A stretch of 64,000 nucleotides of DNA from Patescibacteria group bacterium. GTDB taxonomy: Bacteria > Patescibacteriota > Minisyncoccia > Phycocordibacterales > Phycocordibacteraceae. The notes below the pieces were generated by a model. That model had not been told where the DNA came from. It worked only from the letters and a program-made list of their open reading frames with translations, and did no database searches. The stretch spans positions 480,002-544,001 of the forward strand of contig JBBTSZ010000002.1 in assembly GCA_038064495.1 (NCBI GenBank), in the 5' to 3' direction. Shown one piece after another: positions 9,600-19,376 of this stretch (positions are counted from its first letter, which is position 1; every line of letters begins with the position of its first letter). Made by a program: the position numbers and the translations under genes.

Positions 9600-9906
9600 G
9601 CTATGCTTTAAGCACCCCCGGATGGTCCGTAGGACATACTGAAAACTAGACCAACGAGACGGGGAGTGAGAGATGTTCATTGTGTCCCTCCGTAAGGGAA
9701 TTAAAAGCCTCCCTTACTGGTGTTCCGTTTAGCGCATTATCACGGAACAGCGAAAATGGCTGGGACGGTGCGACCTTATCGCTTGGCCAAGACGTAGCAC
9801 CTACGTACACAGCGTGTCCCCGGTACACTAGTTAAATCCATAGACATCTACAGACTCACTAACGCTTTCACAAGTCCCCCCCAATCGTGGGGGGACATTT
9901 TTATTC
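9600..9906 (+). ncRNA. ORF-free structured region bracketed by two terminators; candidate ncRNA or long cis-regulatory leader
   Basis: About 300 nt with several local hairpins, ending in a C7/G6 hairpin plus T-run at 9875-9906, seven nt before the transporter start. Confidence 0.3.
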
Positions 9907-9932
9907 TGGAAGTGGGGTCGTATACTGTGTAT

Positions 9933-10976
9933 ATGAATACAGACAAGGGCCGTGCCTATTTCTTACTCGCACTTCTCGTGGGCTCGGTGATTGTCGCATT
10001 TCTCGTGCTACAACCATTCCTCACCACGATTGCGCTTGCAGGTATATTTGCGGTCATACTTCATCCCTTGTATGAACGGATTCATCATAGGATTCCGAAC
10101 TATCCTGGACTCTCAGCGTTGGCAACGGTCATTGTAGGACTCCTTCTCGTGATTGTTCCGCTTTCACTCATTGGAACGCTCGTCATTAACCAGTCGCGAA
10201 CCGCCTACACCGAGCTCGTGAGTGGTGACAGTCTCGCAACTGCTGAAGTGATTGCTCACAATGTGGGCTCCTGGCTTGAACCGTATGTTCCCGGCGCAAC
10301 TGAATATGCGAACTCCATCTCGCTTGAAATAAGTACGTACGCGGAGCAGGGCCTGCAGTGGCTCATCTCGCGCATCGGAGTCGCTTTCACGAGCCTGCTT
10401 GCCGTCTTCCTTCGCCTCTTGATTATGCTCATGGCCCTGTATTACTTCCTCAAGGAAGGAAAGCAGCTGGAAAAACTCCTTATTGAGCGCAGTCCCCTCC
10501 TGAACGAAGAAGGGAGTGCGATTATGGACCAACTCGCACGCACCATCACCTCCGTGGTAAAGGGTTCGCTCGCGATTGCGTGCATTCAAGGAGCGCTTGC
10601 TGGCGTTGGTTACCTCATCTTCGGTCTTCCGAATCCAGCGCTCTGGGGTGTGAGCACTGCTATCTCTGCGCTTATCCCGGGCGTGGGCACGGCACTCACT
10701 CTTATTCCTGCAATCATTTACCTTTTTGCGGTTGGTCACATTGGAAGTGGTATTGGTCTTCTGCTGTGGGGCATGCTCCTGGTCGGGGCTATAGATAACT
10801 TTCTTGCACCAAAACTTATCGGTACCGGCGCGGCGCTTCACCCGCTCGCCATTCTCCTTTCGGTGCTTGGTGGTATTGCACTCTATGGCCCCGTCGGTGT
10901 CTTCCTTGGTCCACTTACCATTAGCTTCCTGTACTCGGTCTATACGGTGTATGCAAAAAGCGTTGCGGCGCACTAG
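9933..10976 (+). CDS. AI-2E family (UPF0118/PerM-like) transporter
   Basis: About eight TM helices with the characteristic family topology; a GTG at 9912 is an alternative start. Confidence 0.8.
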   Translation: MNTDKGRAYFLLALLVGSVIVAFLVLQPFLTTIALAGIFAVILHPLYERIHHRIPNYPGLSALATVIVGLLLVIVPLSLIGTLVINQSRTAYTELVSGDSLATAEVIAHNVGSWLEPYVPGATEYANSISLEISTYAEQGLQWLISRIGVAFTSLLAVFLRLLIMLMALYYFLKEGKQLEKLLIERSPLLNEEGSAIMDQLARTITSVVKGSLAIACIQGALAGVGYLIFGLPNPALWGVSTAISALIPGVGTALTLIPAIIYLFAVGHIGSGIGLLLWGMLLVGAIDNFLAPKLIGTGAALHPLAILLSVLGGIALYGPVGVFLGPLTISFLYSVYTVYAKSVAAH

Positions 10977-10979
10977 CGT

Positions 10980-11441
10980 ATGAAGGAGGTGCACTATTGG
11001 CTCATGAAATCCGAGCCGGAGTCCTATGGCATCACACACCTGAAGAAGGACAAAAAGACACCATGGAATGGTGTGCGGAATTATCTTGCGCGTAACTATA
11101 TGCGAGCGATGGCGCCCGGTGACCTCGTGCTGTTTTACCATTCCAGCTGTGCCGTTCCCGGCGTGTATGGCATTGCGAAGGTCGCTTCGCTTCCCTACCC
11201 GGATCCGACACAATTTGATGCGAAGAGTCACTACTTTGATGCGAAGTCAAAAAAGGAAAAGGCCCTCTGGGACCTCGTAGATATTAGCTACGTTTCTATA
11301 CTCAAGACTCCCGTGCCACTCTCAGACATTCGTAAAAACACAAAACTAAAAGGTATGAAAATACTTGAGCCACGTTGTCGGCTTTCAGTAACTCCGGTGA
11401 GTGCACATGAGTACGCTGAAATACTCAAGCTTGGTAGTTAG
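10980..11441 (+). CDS. EVE (PUA-like) domain protein
   Basis: WLMKSEP...W.GVRNYLARNYMR...GDLVLFYHS motifs. Confidence 0.85.
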   Translation: MKEVHYWLMKSEPESYGITHLKKDKKTPWNGVRNYLARNYMRAMAPGDLVLFYHSSCAVPGVYGIAKVASLPYPDPTQFDAKSHYFDAKSKKEKALWDLVDISYVSILKTPVPLSDIRKNTKLKGMKILEPRCRLSVTPVSAHEYAEILKLGS

Positions 11442-12013
11442 GCGTTCAAGATTCGCTCAATCCGACGGTCTGGAACAAACCACATAAGACCCGTAAGCAT
11501 AAAGAAGGTGATGGAGACTGCAGGGTTATAGGGAGCAAAGACAATCGCTAGTGCGTTGAAGAGAATGGAGGTTTTGCCCTTAATATCCTTGCCGAGTGCC
11601 TGCGAGAGTGAAGTCGTGTTTTCGTGAAGTGAAAGCAAATCCTTGGTGAGGAGATAGTACGCAAATGAAGCTCCGAAACCAATGACGGCGTACATGGCAA
11701 CCGGGTACGGAGCAAAGCTGGTTTCGCCCATCCAGGTGGTGGCAAATGGAATGAGCGAAAGCTAGAACAAGAGGTGAGAGTTCGCCCAAAGAGTGCGCCC
11801 GTGAATTTTCTCCACTGCCTGGAACATATGGTGATGATTGTTCCAGTAGATAGCGACCGTGATGAAACTAATAATATAGCTGAAGAAAATCGGAATGAGT
11901 GGTATGAGATTCCCGGGGTCGGCAGTTGCCGGCACTTTAAACTCGAGCACCATCACCGTAATGATGATGGCGATGACTCCGTCGGTGAAAGCCTCGAGTC
12001 GTCCCTTACTCAT
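11438..12013 (-). pseudogene. TMEM175/DUF1211-family K+ channel homolog interrupted by an in-frame TAG at 11762-11764
   Basis: RLEAFTDGVIAIIITVMVLE motif; the two ORFs (11762-12112 and 11438-11731) lie in the same frame separated only by an amber codon. Confidence 0.65.
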
Positions 12014-12020
12014 AGGTTTC

Positions 12021-12431
12021 TTATGCGGCTGGGGCCTCCGGCAGTTCGTACTCAGTTGGTCTGGGATTGAGTGTAGAATCCACCCCAGAAAGAATAGTAT
12101 CGAGCGACTCATCTGATTTCAAAATGTAGCCCTTGATACCAAGCGACACGCCCTCGCTGATTTTATCAATCGCAGAAAGGTTTGAGGTGATGTAGACGGG
12201 GATTTGTTTCTCGCCAGCATACGCTTCCTGAAGCTTTTTCAGAAAACCAATGCCGTCCAGCTTTGGCATGTTCACATCAAGGAGAATCAGGTCGGGTTTC
12301 TCTGCTTTGACCTGTTCAAGACCGGCTTCGCCATCAAGTGCGGCGACCGTGGCGTAGCCTCCCTCCTTCAGCTTGTTTGCCATCGTGAGCTGGAAAGTTA
12401 CGTCGTCGTCAATAATGAGTACTTTTTTCAT
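12021..12431 (-). CDS. Stand-alone response regulator receiver (CheY-like)
   Basis: IIDDD...D...LDVNMPKLDG...K motif set; no output domain. Confidence 0.85.
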   Translation of the reverse strand: MKKVLIIDDDVTFQLTMANKLKEGGYATVAALDGEAGLEQVKAEKPDLILLDVNMPKLDGIGFLKKLQEAYAGEKQIPVYITSNLSAIDKISEGVSLGIKGYILKSDESLDTILSGVDSTLNPRPTEYELPEAPAA

Positions 12432-14212
12432 GGTGCGCTGGTTACGGATGCTTTCTCCAATGGTATCACGAAGTAAAACACGCTTCCGACGCCTATTTCT
12501 GAGACCACCCCAATCGTGCCCCCATGCTCTTCAATAACGCCTTTTACGATAGCAAGCCCGAGGCCCGTGCCCTTTAGGCCTGTTTCAGACTTGGTATCAA
12601 GCTGCTTAAACTTGGTGAACAACTCCTTAATGCCGGCGGTACTAATGCCAGGACCCGTGTCAGACACCGCGACGAGAAGCGAATCAGGGGCGTCAACGAA
12701 GGCATCCTCAGGGAGTGGAATACTTGCCTTTGCGGGAATGGTCGCGAACTCGTCTGCTACTCGTGCGCCCTTCACGTGCTTCGCCACAATAATCTCAACG
12801 GTGCCGTCTGCCTTCGTAAATTTGATGGCGTTCGAAATCAGGTTATTCATCACCTGTTTGATAGCTGCTTGATCAAGGGAGACCTCCTTCGGGAGTTGTT
12901 TGTCGTACACGGCATGGAACATGAGCTTTGCGTCGTCAGCGCTTGGTTTGAAGAAGTCATACCGATTCTGCACAAGCGCCCGAACATCATTAGGCTCTTT
13001 TCGCACATCAAACTTCCCTGCCTCAAGTTTTGCAACGTCCAGAATGTCGTTCACGAGCTCGAGCATGCTCGAACTGTCTGCACTAATCATGTGGACATAT
13101 TCGTCGTAGTCTTTCTTTGCGATTTTCTCGGCACCCGCGCGAAGCAGTTCGCTGATTTTGTTAATGCCGGAAAGTGGCGTGCGAAGTTCGTGCACAATCA
13201 TGGAGGTAAACTGTTCCCGAATTTGTTCAATAGAACGCTCCGCCGTCACGTCGTGGAAGATAACCACACCACCCACCACATTTTTCTCCTCACCCTCACC
13301 CGTATTTGCGTTTACGGGGAACACAAAGATTTTGTAGAAACTGTCGCGAATCAACACCTCTTCAGACTTGAAGGGCTTGTTGAGCTTTACGGATTCCTCC
13401 AACTTTCCACGAATATCAAACTTTCCTTCAAGGTTATCAATGAAGTCAAATATGGTGAGGTCCGTTTTGTTTGTCTTGCCGATGATGGCGTGAACCGAAG
13501 GGTTTGCGACGAGGATACGGTAGTCGGTGTCGGTCATCACGACACCGTCGGCCATGGACTCCACCATGGCGTTCACCTTCGCCTGCTCTGCCTTCACTAC
13601 ACCCTGCAGACTCGTTACGGCTTTAGAAGCCTGTTGAATAATCTTGTAGAGGATGGTCATTTCCTCCTCTTTATAGAGCCCACTCTTGGTATCAGCTACC
13701 GTGAGCACGCCCACCACTTTTTCATCAATAACGAGTGGAATGTTGAAGAAGGAACGCACGGGCTCATCCAGCTCTTCCACAATGATGGCGCCCGAAATAA
13801 CGTCTTTCACGTCCTTCTTGGTGATTTCACGGTCAAGAAGCGCAGAAAGCGAGCCGAGCATACGGTCCTTAATATCGTTCACGAAACGCTGGTGAACGGA
13901 GCGCTCCAGGTGCATTTTGAAAATCACCTTCTCGGGGCCAAGCAACATGTAGGACACGGCCGAGTAGTCAATGAACTGGTGGAGTGAACCCGTAATAACG
14001 TCCACAATCTGTTGGACATCGAGTGAGTAACCAATGCGGTCGCCGAGCTCCTTCAGAATCGCGAGCTCGAACATGCGACGAGAAACGTCCTGTTCACGCT
14101 TAATGAGGACACGCTTTGCGGTTCTATCTTTGACGTAGAAATAGATACTCGCCGTCAGTCCGCCGACGGCGAGTATCAGTGAGATTGCGGTAACTACCTC
14201 GAGAAGAATCAT
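12428..14212 (-). CDS. Sensor histidine kinase (TM anchor, GAF/PAS-like, HisKA, HATPase_c)
   Basis: H-box HELRTPL; N, G1 and G2 boxes (DTGPGI, GTGLGL); ATGA overlap with the receiver gene. Confidence 0.9.
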   Translation of the reverse strand: MILLEVVTAISLILAVGGLTASIYFYVKDRTAKRVLIKREQDVSRRMFELAILKELGDRIGYSLDVQQIVDVITGSLHQFIDYSAVSYMLLGPEKVIFKMHLERSVHQRFVNDIKDRMLGSLSALLDREITKKDVKDVISGAIIVEELDEPVRSFFNIPLVIDEKVVGVLTVADTKSGLYKEEEMTILYKIIQQASKAVTSLQGVVKAEQAKVNAMVESMADGVVMTDTDYRILVANPSVHAIIGKTNKTDLTIFDFIDNLEGKFDIRGKLEESVKLNKPFKSEEVLIRDSFYKIFVFPVNANTGEGEEKNVVGGVVIFHDVTAERSIEQIREQFTSMIVHELRTPLSGINKISELLRAGAEKIAKKDYDEYVHMISADSSSMLELVNDILDVAKLEAGKFDVRKEPNDVRALVQNRYDFFKPSADDAKLMFHAVYDKQLPKEVSLDQAAIKQVMNNLISNAIKFTKADGTVEIIVAKHVKGARVADEFATIPAKASIPLPEDAFVDAPDSLLVAVSDTGPGISTAGIKELFTKFKQLDTKSETGLKGTGLGLAIVKGVIEEHGGTIGVVSEIGVGSVFYFVIPLEKASVTSAP

Positions 14213-14242
14213 GATATGCGTCCCGAGAGGTGACCTCCCGTA

Positions 14243-14965
14243 CTAACTGGCCTTTGCGAGTGATTTCAAACGAAGTGCAGCAACCGTGACGCACGTAGCA
14301 GCAGTAATGAGGAAGATTTTTTCAATTCCCTCGCCCACTTCGCTCGTCACCACAACTATTTTCCAGCTCTCAAACAAGAGTTCCCAGAAGTGCTGAATCG
14401 AGAGAGCTAACACGGCGATAATCATTGGGTTTGCAATCGCCTGACCAATTTGGCCGAGGTTCTTTTTTGCGCTCATGAGGTAGGAACCGACGGTTCCAGC
14501 AAGTGCAAACGCGAGGAAGTGATGGAGACCAAGGCCTGCAAGTATAGATGTGCTGTACATTTCAACGACACTGTCAGCCATACCAGGAATGAGGAAGACC
14601 ACGACAAGCACGATGATGGAGAAGATACCCCACGACTTCGCTTTGCTACCCATGAGGTCAGCTTCGTCGCTTCCGAGCTTCGTAAGAGCCTTGAAGCCGA
14701 AGTAGTAGGAGAACATGGCGAGGTAGAACATAATGTGCCACCAAATATCCATGGACTCGTCAGAAATACCGAAGAAGTCGCCCCCGAGACCCTGGAAAAT
14801 GGTAATGACAAAGAACGTACCGGTACCAATGAAGAGGTACGAGAGCACGGAACCAAGACCGGATGCGCCTACCTTACTGCGCGCCATAAGCGTAATGACG
14901 GTTGCAATGAGGAATCCGAGCGAAGAGAGGTAGAACCCAATTGAGATAATAGAATCGAGACTCAT
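14243..14965 (-). CDS. Polytopic membrane protein (hypothetical)
   Basis: Six to seven predicted TM helices; immediately upstream of the histidine kinase. Confidence 0.45.
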   Translation of the reverse strand: MSLDSIISIGFYLSSLGFLIATVITLMARSKVGASGLGSVLSYLFIGTGTFFVITIFQGLGGDFFGISDESMDIWWHIMFYLAMFSYYFGFKALTKLGSDEADLMGSKAKSWGIFSIIVLVVVFLIPGMADSVVEMYSTSILAGLGLHHFLAFALAGTVGSYLMSAKKNLGQIGQAIANPMIIAVLALSIQHFWELLFESWKIVVVTSEVGEGIEKIFLITAATCVTVAALRLKSLAKAS

Positions 14966-14968
14966 ACG

Positions 14969-15238
14969 CTATTTGTTAATTTCGATATTCGGATACTTCG
15001 CGAAGATAGAACCGAGGGCGTTCTTCACGATTTGTCCTGAAAGCTCCACATACTGGTCAACGAGGTTCTGCAGGGTCTCTTTTGGGTTGTCGCCAACACT
15101 CGTTACCTTTCCATCGTTGTCTACCTGGAGGCCAGACACGCTACGAGCTTTTAATATAGCGATTTCAGGACCGAGAATCACTGATTGCTTCTTAATAATC
15201 TCTGTAATGAGAGCGGTATACTGTGCTGTTTCTTCCAT
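14969..15238 (-). CDS. Hypothetical protein
   Basis: 89 aa counted from the internal Met. Confidence 0.3.
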   Translation of the reverse strand: MEETAQYTALITEIIKKQSVILGPEIAILKARSVSGLQVDNDGKVTSVGDNPKETLQNLVDQYVELSGQIVKNALGSIFAKYPNIEINK

Positions 15239-15391
15239 ACGTATAAATAATGAATATCTGTCCCTTTTAGTGTAGCACCCGTCTACTGGCGGAAAGCCCC
15301 CTGCCTGCATAGCTATGCGACCTCACGCATTGACCCATGTAGGTCTCCGTTGTATAGTGCTCGTTCACCACACCCAACAAAGGAGAGAGTG

Positions 15392-15880
15392 ATGACTGAT
15401 CTTTCAGCTGTTCCGGATAGTCAGCCCGTTCATTTGGTCAAAATTGACCCGCCCGCGCCAAGTATCGACGATTATCTCGACGGCAGTTTCATCAATTTCA
15501 ATTTTGTCGGCGATTACAGTTATCACAATGTCCTGCGGATGCGTTTTTATCGGTTTGATCCGTTTGAAGACAGTTCCACCCGCGGCGAGCTCGTGCTTCA
15601 TGCGCGAGTTACCGAAGCGAGTAGCCTCCTTGGCCGGCTCACGGTGCGTGGTATCTGGAAGTGCCTCGGACGCAACCAAGACAAGTTCCGTGCCTTTACG
15701 GAAGATGGCACTGATTTCATCGGCATTGTCTTTGACTGCACCCGGCCCGAGGTCATTACACCCTTTTTCGCAGACGGCAGACGAACTCCCCTTCCGGTTG
15801 TGCACCTGTGCGACCACATGAAGTTCTTCAAACCAAAGCGACCACTGCTTAAAATCGTCAGTCCTCAGCATGGTTACTAA
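15392..15880 (+). CDS. Hypothetical protein
   Basis: AAAGGAGAG RBS; 162 aa; followed by a terminator. Confidence 0.45.
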   Translation: MTDLSAVPDSQPVHLVKIDPPAPSIDDYLDGSFINFNFVGDYSYHNVLRMRFYRFDPFEDSSTRGELVLHARVTEASSLLGRLTVRGIWKCLGRNQDKFRAFTEDGTDFIGIVFDCTRPEVITPFFADGRRTPLPVVHLCDHMKFFKPKRPLLKIVSPQHGY

Positions 15881-15904
15881 TCTGCACAGCAGAATAGCTT
15901 CAAA

Positions 15905-15936
15905 AAGCCCCGGCATCACGCCGGGGCTTCTTCTTA
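15905..15936 (+). terminator. Intrinsic terminator
   Basis: gccccggcatcacgccggggc followed by ttcttctt. Confidence 0.65.
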
Positions 15937-15958
15937 GTACACCTATGGATGTAGGTCT

Positions 15959-16801
15959 CTAACGAATTCCAGTGTCTACATCAACCGTGAGGTGGAGAGA
16001 AGCCCCGGCCTTGATAGTAACCGTTGCTGGAAGACCTTTCACACTTCCGACACCTGCGGATTTTTCCATAGCAATATAGTACGTACCGACAGGAAGCGAG
16101 ACAGAGAAGGTGCCATCACTTCCCGGTGTGATGGTGGTGATGAGTGTCTTTCGGTCAGCTGTATACACGGAGATCTTGCGGGCAGCAAACATTTCCGGCG
16201 TTGGTTTACACGGATTGTCCACTCTCTCAACAGGACAGACCGGACCAATAGTCATAGTGCCCGTGAGGGTACCGAGAGATTCACGTGCAACGTCGGCGAC
16301 CATAAATTCAAACCGGTAGTCAGCAGGAAGAATGGTCTGTTTTGAAGACTTCGCTGGCGTCACGCTTACGAGTGTGACCTGCTTCCCCACAAAGGTGATT
16401 GGTTTATTAAGCGTGAGCGTTACGGTTTCCGCGTTGGTGCCTACCTGGATGAGCGTACGTACGGTGACGGTTCCAGCTTGGATACACTGCACATCAATTG
16501 GACAACGGCTGTCCTGCACCACTTCAAGAGGTGTGAGGTGCACCCCGTGGGTCAATATCCGCTGATTGAGAACCGCGACCGTGCCTTCTACCTCTGGAGT
16601 AGTGGTTGCAGCTACGGGACACTCCGCAAAGTCACAGTTTGGACCTGAACGGCCGACACTGCTTCCGTCCGGACATACCTTTGCCTCAGCAGTACAGGCA
16701 GTCGCCGTTGGCGCCATCGCGGTGTTCGTAATAGCCAAATAGCCGAAGATACCGGCAGCAAACACAAGTAATACGCCGATTCCGACAAGTGCGTTTTTCA
16801 T
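15959..16801 (-). CDS. Membrane-anchored/secreted hypothetical protein
   Basis: N-terminal signal anchor with a Cys-containing extracellular portion; 280 aa. Confidence 0.5.
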   Translation of the reverse strand: MKNALVGIGVLLVFAAGIFGYLAITNTAMAPTATACTAEAKVCPDGSSVGRSGPNCDFAECPVAATTTPEVEGTVAVLNQRILTHGVHLTPLEVVQDSRCPIDVQCIQAGTVTVRTLIQVGTNAETVTLTLNKPITFVGKQVTLVSVTPAKSSKQTILPADYRFEFMVADVARESLGTLTGTMTIGPVCPVERVDNPCKPTPEMFAARKISVYTADRKTLITTITPGSDGTFSVSLPVGTYYIAMEKSAGVGSVKGLPATVTIKAGASLHLTVDVDTGIR

Positions 16802-16866
16802 ATAGTAGAGAGTTACTTACTGGAGACGTTCCGGCGGAAGAGTTGTGACAGCAGTGGTGTGAGCAC

Positions 16867-17193
16867 TTAGCGAGGCTCGGTGGCCTGAGGTGGAGAGGTT
16901 GTTCCAGAGCGTGCGAGAAGTAGGGCCTGTTCACGTTCCTCGAGTTCCTGCACCAGCTTCTTGTTTTGGTTCTGCAGATTCCTCATTCTGAAGCTCTCGC
17001 TAATTACTGAAGGAAGTAGTGCAAGAAGGCTGATAATCATCCCGACCGCAATGGCAGCGATAATAAGCAGAGCAAGAGAAGTCTCAAACTGCCAGTGCAT
17101 GAAGGTAAGCGCCACAACTTCTGTGTTCTGAACGGCGAAGATAATGGCACCAGCACCGAGAATAAAGCCCAAAAGGAAGAGTATAAGTGTCAT
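16867..17193 (-). CDS. LapA-domain (DUF1049) inner-membrane protein
   Basis: Two N-terminal TM helices followed by a coiled-coil tail (QNQNKKLVQELEEREQ). Confidence 0.6.
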   Translation of the reverse strand: MTLILFLLGFILGAGAIIFAVQNTEVVALTFMHWQFETSLALLIIAAIAVGMIISLLALLPSVISESFRMRNLQNQNKKLVQELEEREQALLLARSGTTSPPQATEPR

Positions 17194-17287
17194 AAAGATA
17201 GAGAATAGTACCTACTATAGACGTGTAGACCCGGAAAACATGACAATGGAGAAGGCCGGCGCAAGCGCCGGCCATTTTGGACAAAAA

Positions 17288-17719
17288 CTATTTTTCGGGA
17301 GTAACCCAGTTCACTGATGGTAGCAAGTTAAGCGAGTCAATCGTTGCGTGAGTGACTGCTGGGTCGCTACTCTCATACGTGCCCGTCTCACCCCGATTTT
17401 TATAGAAACGTACGGTCAGCCTGTTGTCGAGCAGACGGTCTTCGGTGCCATGCGGAATGAAGAATTCCACGAGGCACGTCTCTTCTCGGGTCAGCCACAG
17501 CTCCGCCGTAAAAACGTCAATGAAGTGAGGGTTATCGAGTGCAGTACACTTGAACCGCAGTTTCCCATCGATCAGGGTGTGGGAAAATTCAATCCATCCT
17601 TTACGCTTCGCGTGTGGTTTCTTGAGATACAAGGCTCCCAGTTTCAGAAGAACTACCATCTGATCAGGAGTGAGTGCATGAGTGGTCCGAATGAAACCAC
17701 CATAGTGTGCTTCTTGCAT
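17288..17719 (-). CDS. Hypothetical protein
   Basis: About 143 aa from the internal Met; no recognised motifs. Confidence 0.35.
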   Translation of the reverse strand: MQEAHYGGFIRTTHALTPDQMVVLLKLGALYLKKPHAKRKGWIEFSHTLIDGKLRFKCTALDNPHFIDVFTAELWLTREETCLVEFFIPHGTEDRLLDNRLTVRFYKNRGETGTYESSDPAVTHATIDSLNLLPSVNWVTPEK

Positions 17720-17828
17720 GTCTACCTCCCTGAAAGTGTGGTGCCTGTCCGCTTTATACCATGCCGCCTGCAGCCGCACCCCGCTATCCCCTTAGCAAGT
17801 CATTGGAGCGAAGGAAGCTAACTTGTAC

Positions 17829-18467
17829 TTATGAATATTTTTCTTCTTTGATCTTCTTAAGAAGATCTGTAAAAGCCACATATTCAATATCGTGTTCTTT
17901 AAAATAAGCCAGCGTGTCCTTCAGTTCTTGAGTCTGGTTACTCGAGTCAAGTAAATCTCCGAACGCAAACATCTCTCTGGCCTCATATTCCTGATAGCCA
18001 ATCAAGATTATTCTCAATGGTTTGCCGTAAAGTCTTGGTAGTTCACCATACTTGAGCGGCACACCGAGTATTTTTTCTCCGGCGGTACCTGGCGTAGTCC
18101 AACTCCGACCCTTAACTTCGTATACGAAATCATCGCATTCGAGATCAGGTTTGTATTTCTTATTTCTGACAGAACTCTGAATCCCGATAGTATTTCGGAC
18201 ATTCTTACGCCCTATAGCAACCAGAGCTTCCATCGCCAAGTCCTGACAAAGTTTTGTTGTCCATTGTGTTCCTTCTTCATGTCGAATTACCTCATTTGCC
18301 CATTGTGTTTCTATTTTATTTGCTTCCTTGAGCTTTTTTTGATTCGACGTGGTTTTCAATGAATCTTCAGTAAGCGGCTCATGACACCATTTTATTACGG
18401 TCGGATTATCAAGTAGACACAGCCCAATTTCTGCTTCGACTTCAACATCCTCGATTTCTTCTTCCAT
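17829..18467 (-). CDS. Putative Type II restriction endonuclease
   Basis: Directly downstream of the MTase (ends 2 nt apart), with low GC and a PD-(D/E)xK-like ECDDFVYEVKGR segment. Confidence 0.5.
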   Translation of the reverse strand: MEEEIEDVEVEAEIGLCLLDNPTVIKWCHEPLTEDSLKTTSNQKKLKEANKIETQWANEVIRHEEGTQWTTKLCQDLAMEALVAIGRKNVRNTIGIQSSVRNKKYKPDLECDDFVYEVKGRSWTTPGTAGEKILGVPLKYGELPRLYGKPLRIILIGYQEYEAREMFAFGDLLDSSNQTQELKDTLAYFKEHDIEYVAFTDLLKKIKEEKYS

Positions 18468-18469
18468 AA

Positions 18470-19306
18470 TTAAACTTTGAGCTGTGAATCGAGATCGCCA
18501 TAGCGTTTCTTCGATAAATCCAAGTATTCTCTTTCCAAGTCTATTCCGATGAACTTTCGTCCATGCTCAGCAGCTGCTAAGCCTGTAGTTGAGCTGCCCG
18601 TGAAGGGATCGAGAACTATATCTCCAAGATTCGTGCTCGCAAGTACAATTCTGCGCAGTAAATCGAGAGGCTTCTGCGTTGGATGCTTGCCATGCTTCTT
18701 TTCGTAGGGCTTTGGAGTACCCATAGACCAGACAGAACGCATCTGAAGACCTGGCTTCTTTAGCGCATCCTCAGGCCAATGGCCTTCCTTCATGTGTTTG
18801 TAGTTGAAGATATGTTTTGCCTTTTTATCCTTACGCGCCCATATAAGTGTCTCGTGACTGGCGGTAAAGAAACGTCCACTCAGGTTTGGTGAAGCGTTCG
18901 GCTTAAACCATGCAATATCGTTGAGTATGTGATATCCGAGTGATTGCATGGCATGGCCACACTGATAGATAGAGTGGTAAGTTCCTGATACCCAAAGAGT
19001 GCCTTGAGGTTTTAGGACACGGTGACATGCCTCCATCCAGCGATAGTGGAAATTATAGTCGTCGGCAAAACCACTGCTCACATCCCAATTACCTTTGTTT
19101 ACGCTCACCCGCTTTCCTGCCTGAACACTAAAGCCCCCATTTGAGAGGTTGTAAGGAGGATCAGCAAATATCATGTCTATAGAATTCTCGGGAAGCTGCT
19201 CTAGCAATTTAATAGAATCACCCTGATATAGAGCGAAATTATCCTTCAGGAAATAGGGTTTTGTCTCAAAACTAGAGAGTATTTTTGATGGATTCCCAAC
19301 CGGCAT
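18470..19306 (-). CDS. Beta-class DNA methyltransferase (N6-adenine or N4-cytosine)
   Basis: Motif IV DMIFADPPYNL lies upstream of motif I VLDPFTGSSTTG; HPTQKPLDLLRRIV is also present. Confidence 0.9.
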   Translation of the reverse strand: MPVGNPSKILSSFETKPYFLKDNFALYQGDSIKLLEQLPENSIDMIFADPPYNLSNGGFSVQAGKRVSVNKGNWDVSSGFADDYNFHYRWMEACHRVLKPQGTLWVSGTYHSIYQCGHAMQSLGYHILNDIAWFKPNASPNLSGRFFTASHETLIWARKDKKAKHIFNYKHMKEGHWPEDALKKPGLQMRSVWSMGTPKPYEKKHGKHPTQKPLDLLRRIVLASTNLGDIVLDPFTGSSTTGLAAAEHGRKFIGIDLEREYLDLSKKRYGDLDSQLKV

Positions 19307-19376
19307 TAGTTCAGTATATCAGTGACCTATTCCAGTCACTATTTCCTACCCACTACTAGATCTGAAGAAGGCTCGG

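Noticed and set aside
11762-11764. Alternative genetic code (stop-codon reassignment)
   Set aside because: TAG, TGA and TAA all terminate well-supported genes in this window, so the in-frame TAG is not evidence of recoding.
17829-18467. Assigning a specific REase family or recognition site
   Set aside because: Only weak PD-(D/E)xK-like residues are visible; specificity cannot be inferred without database comparison.
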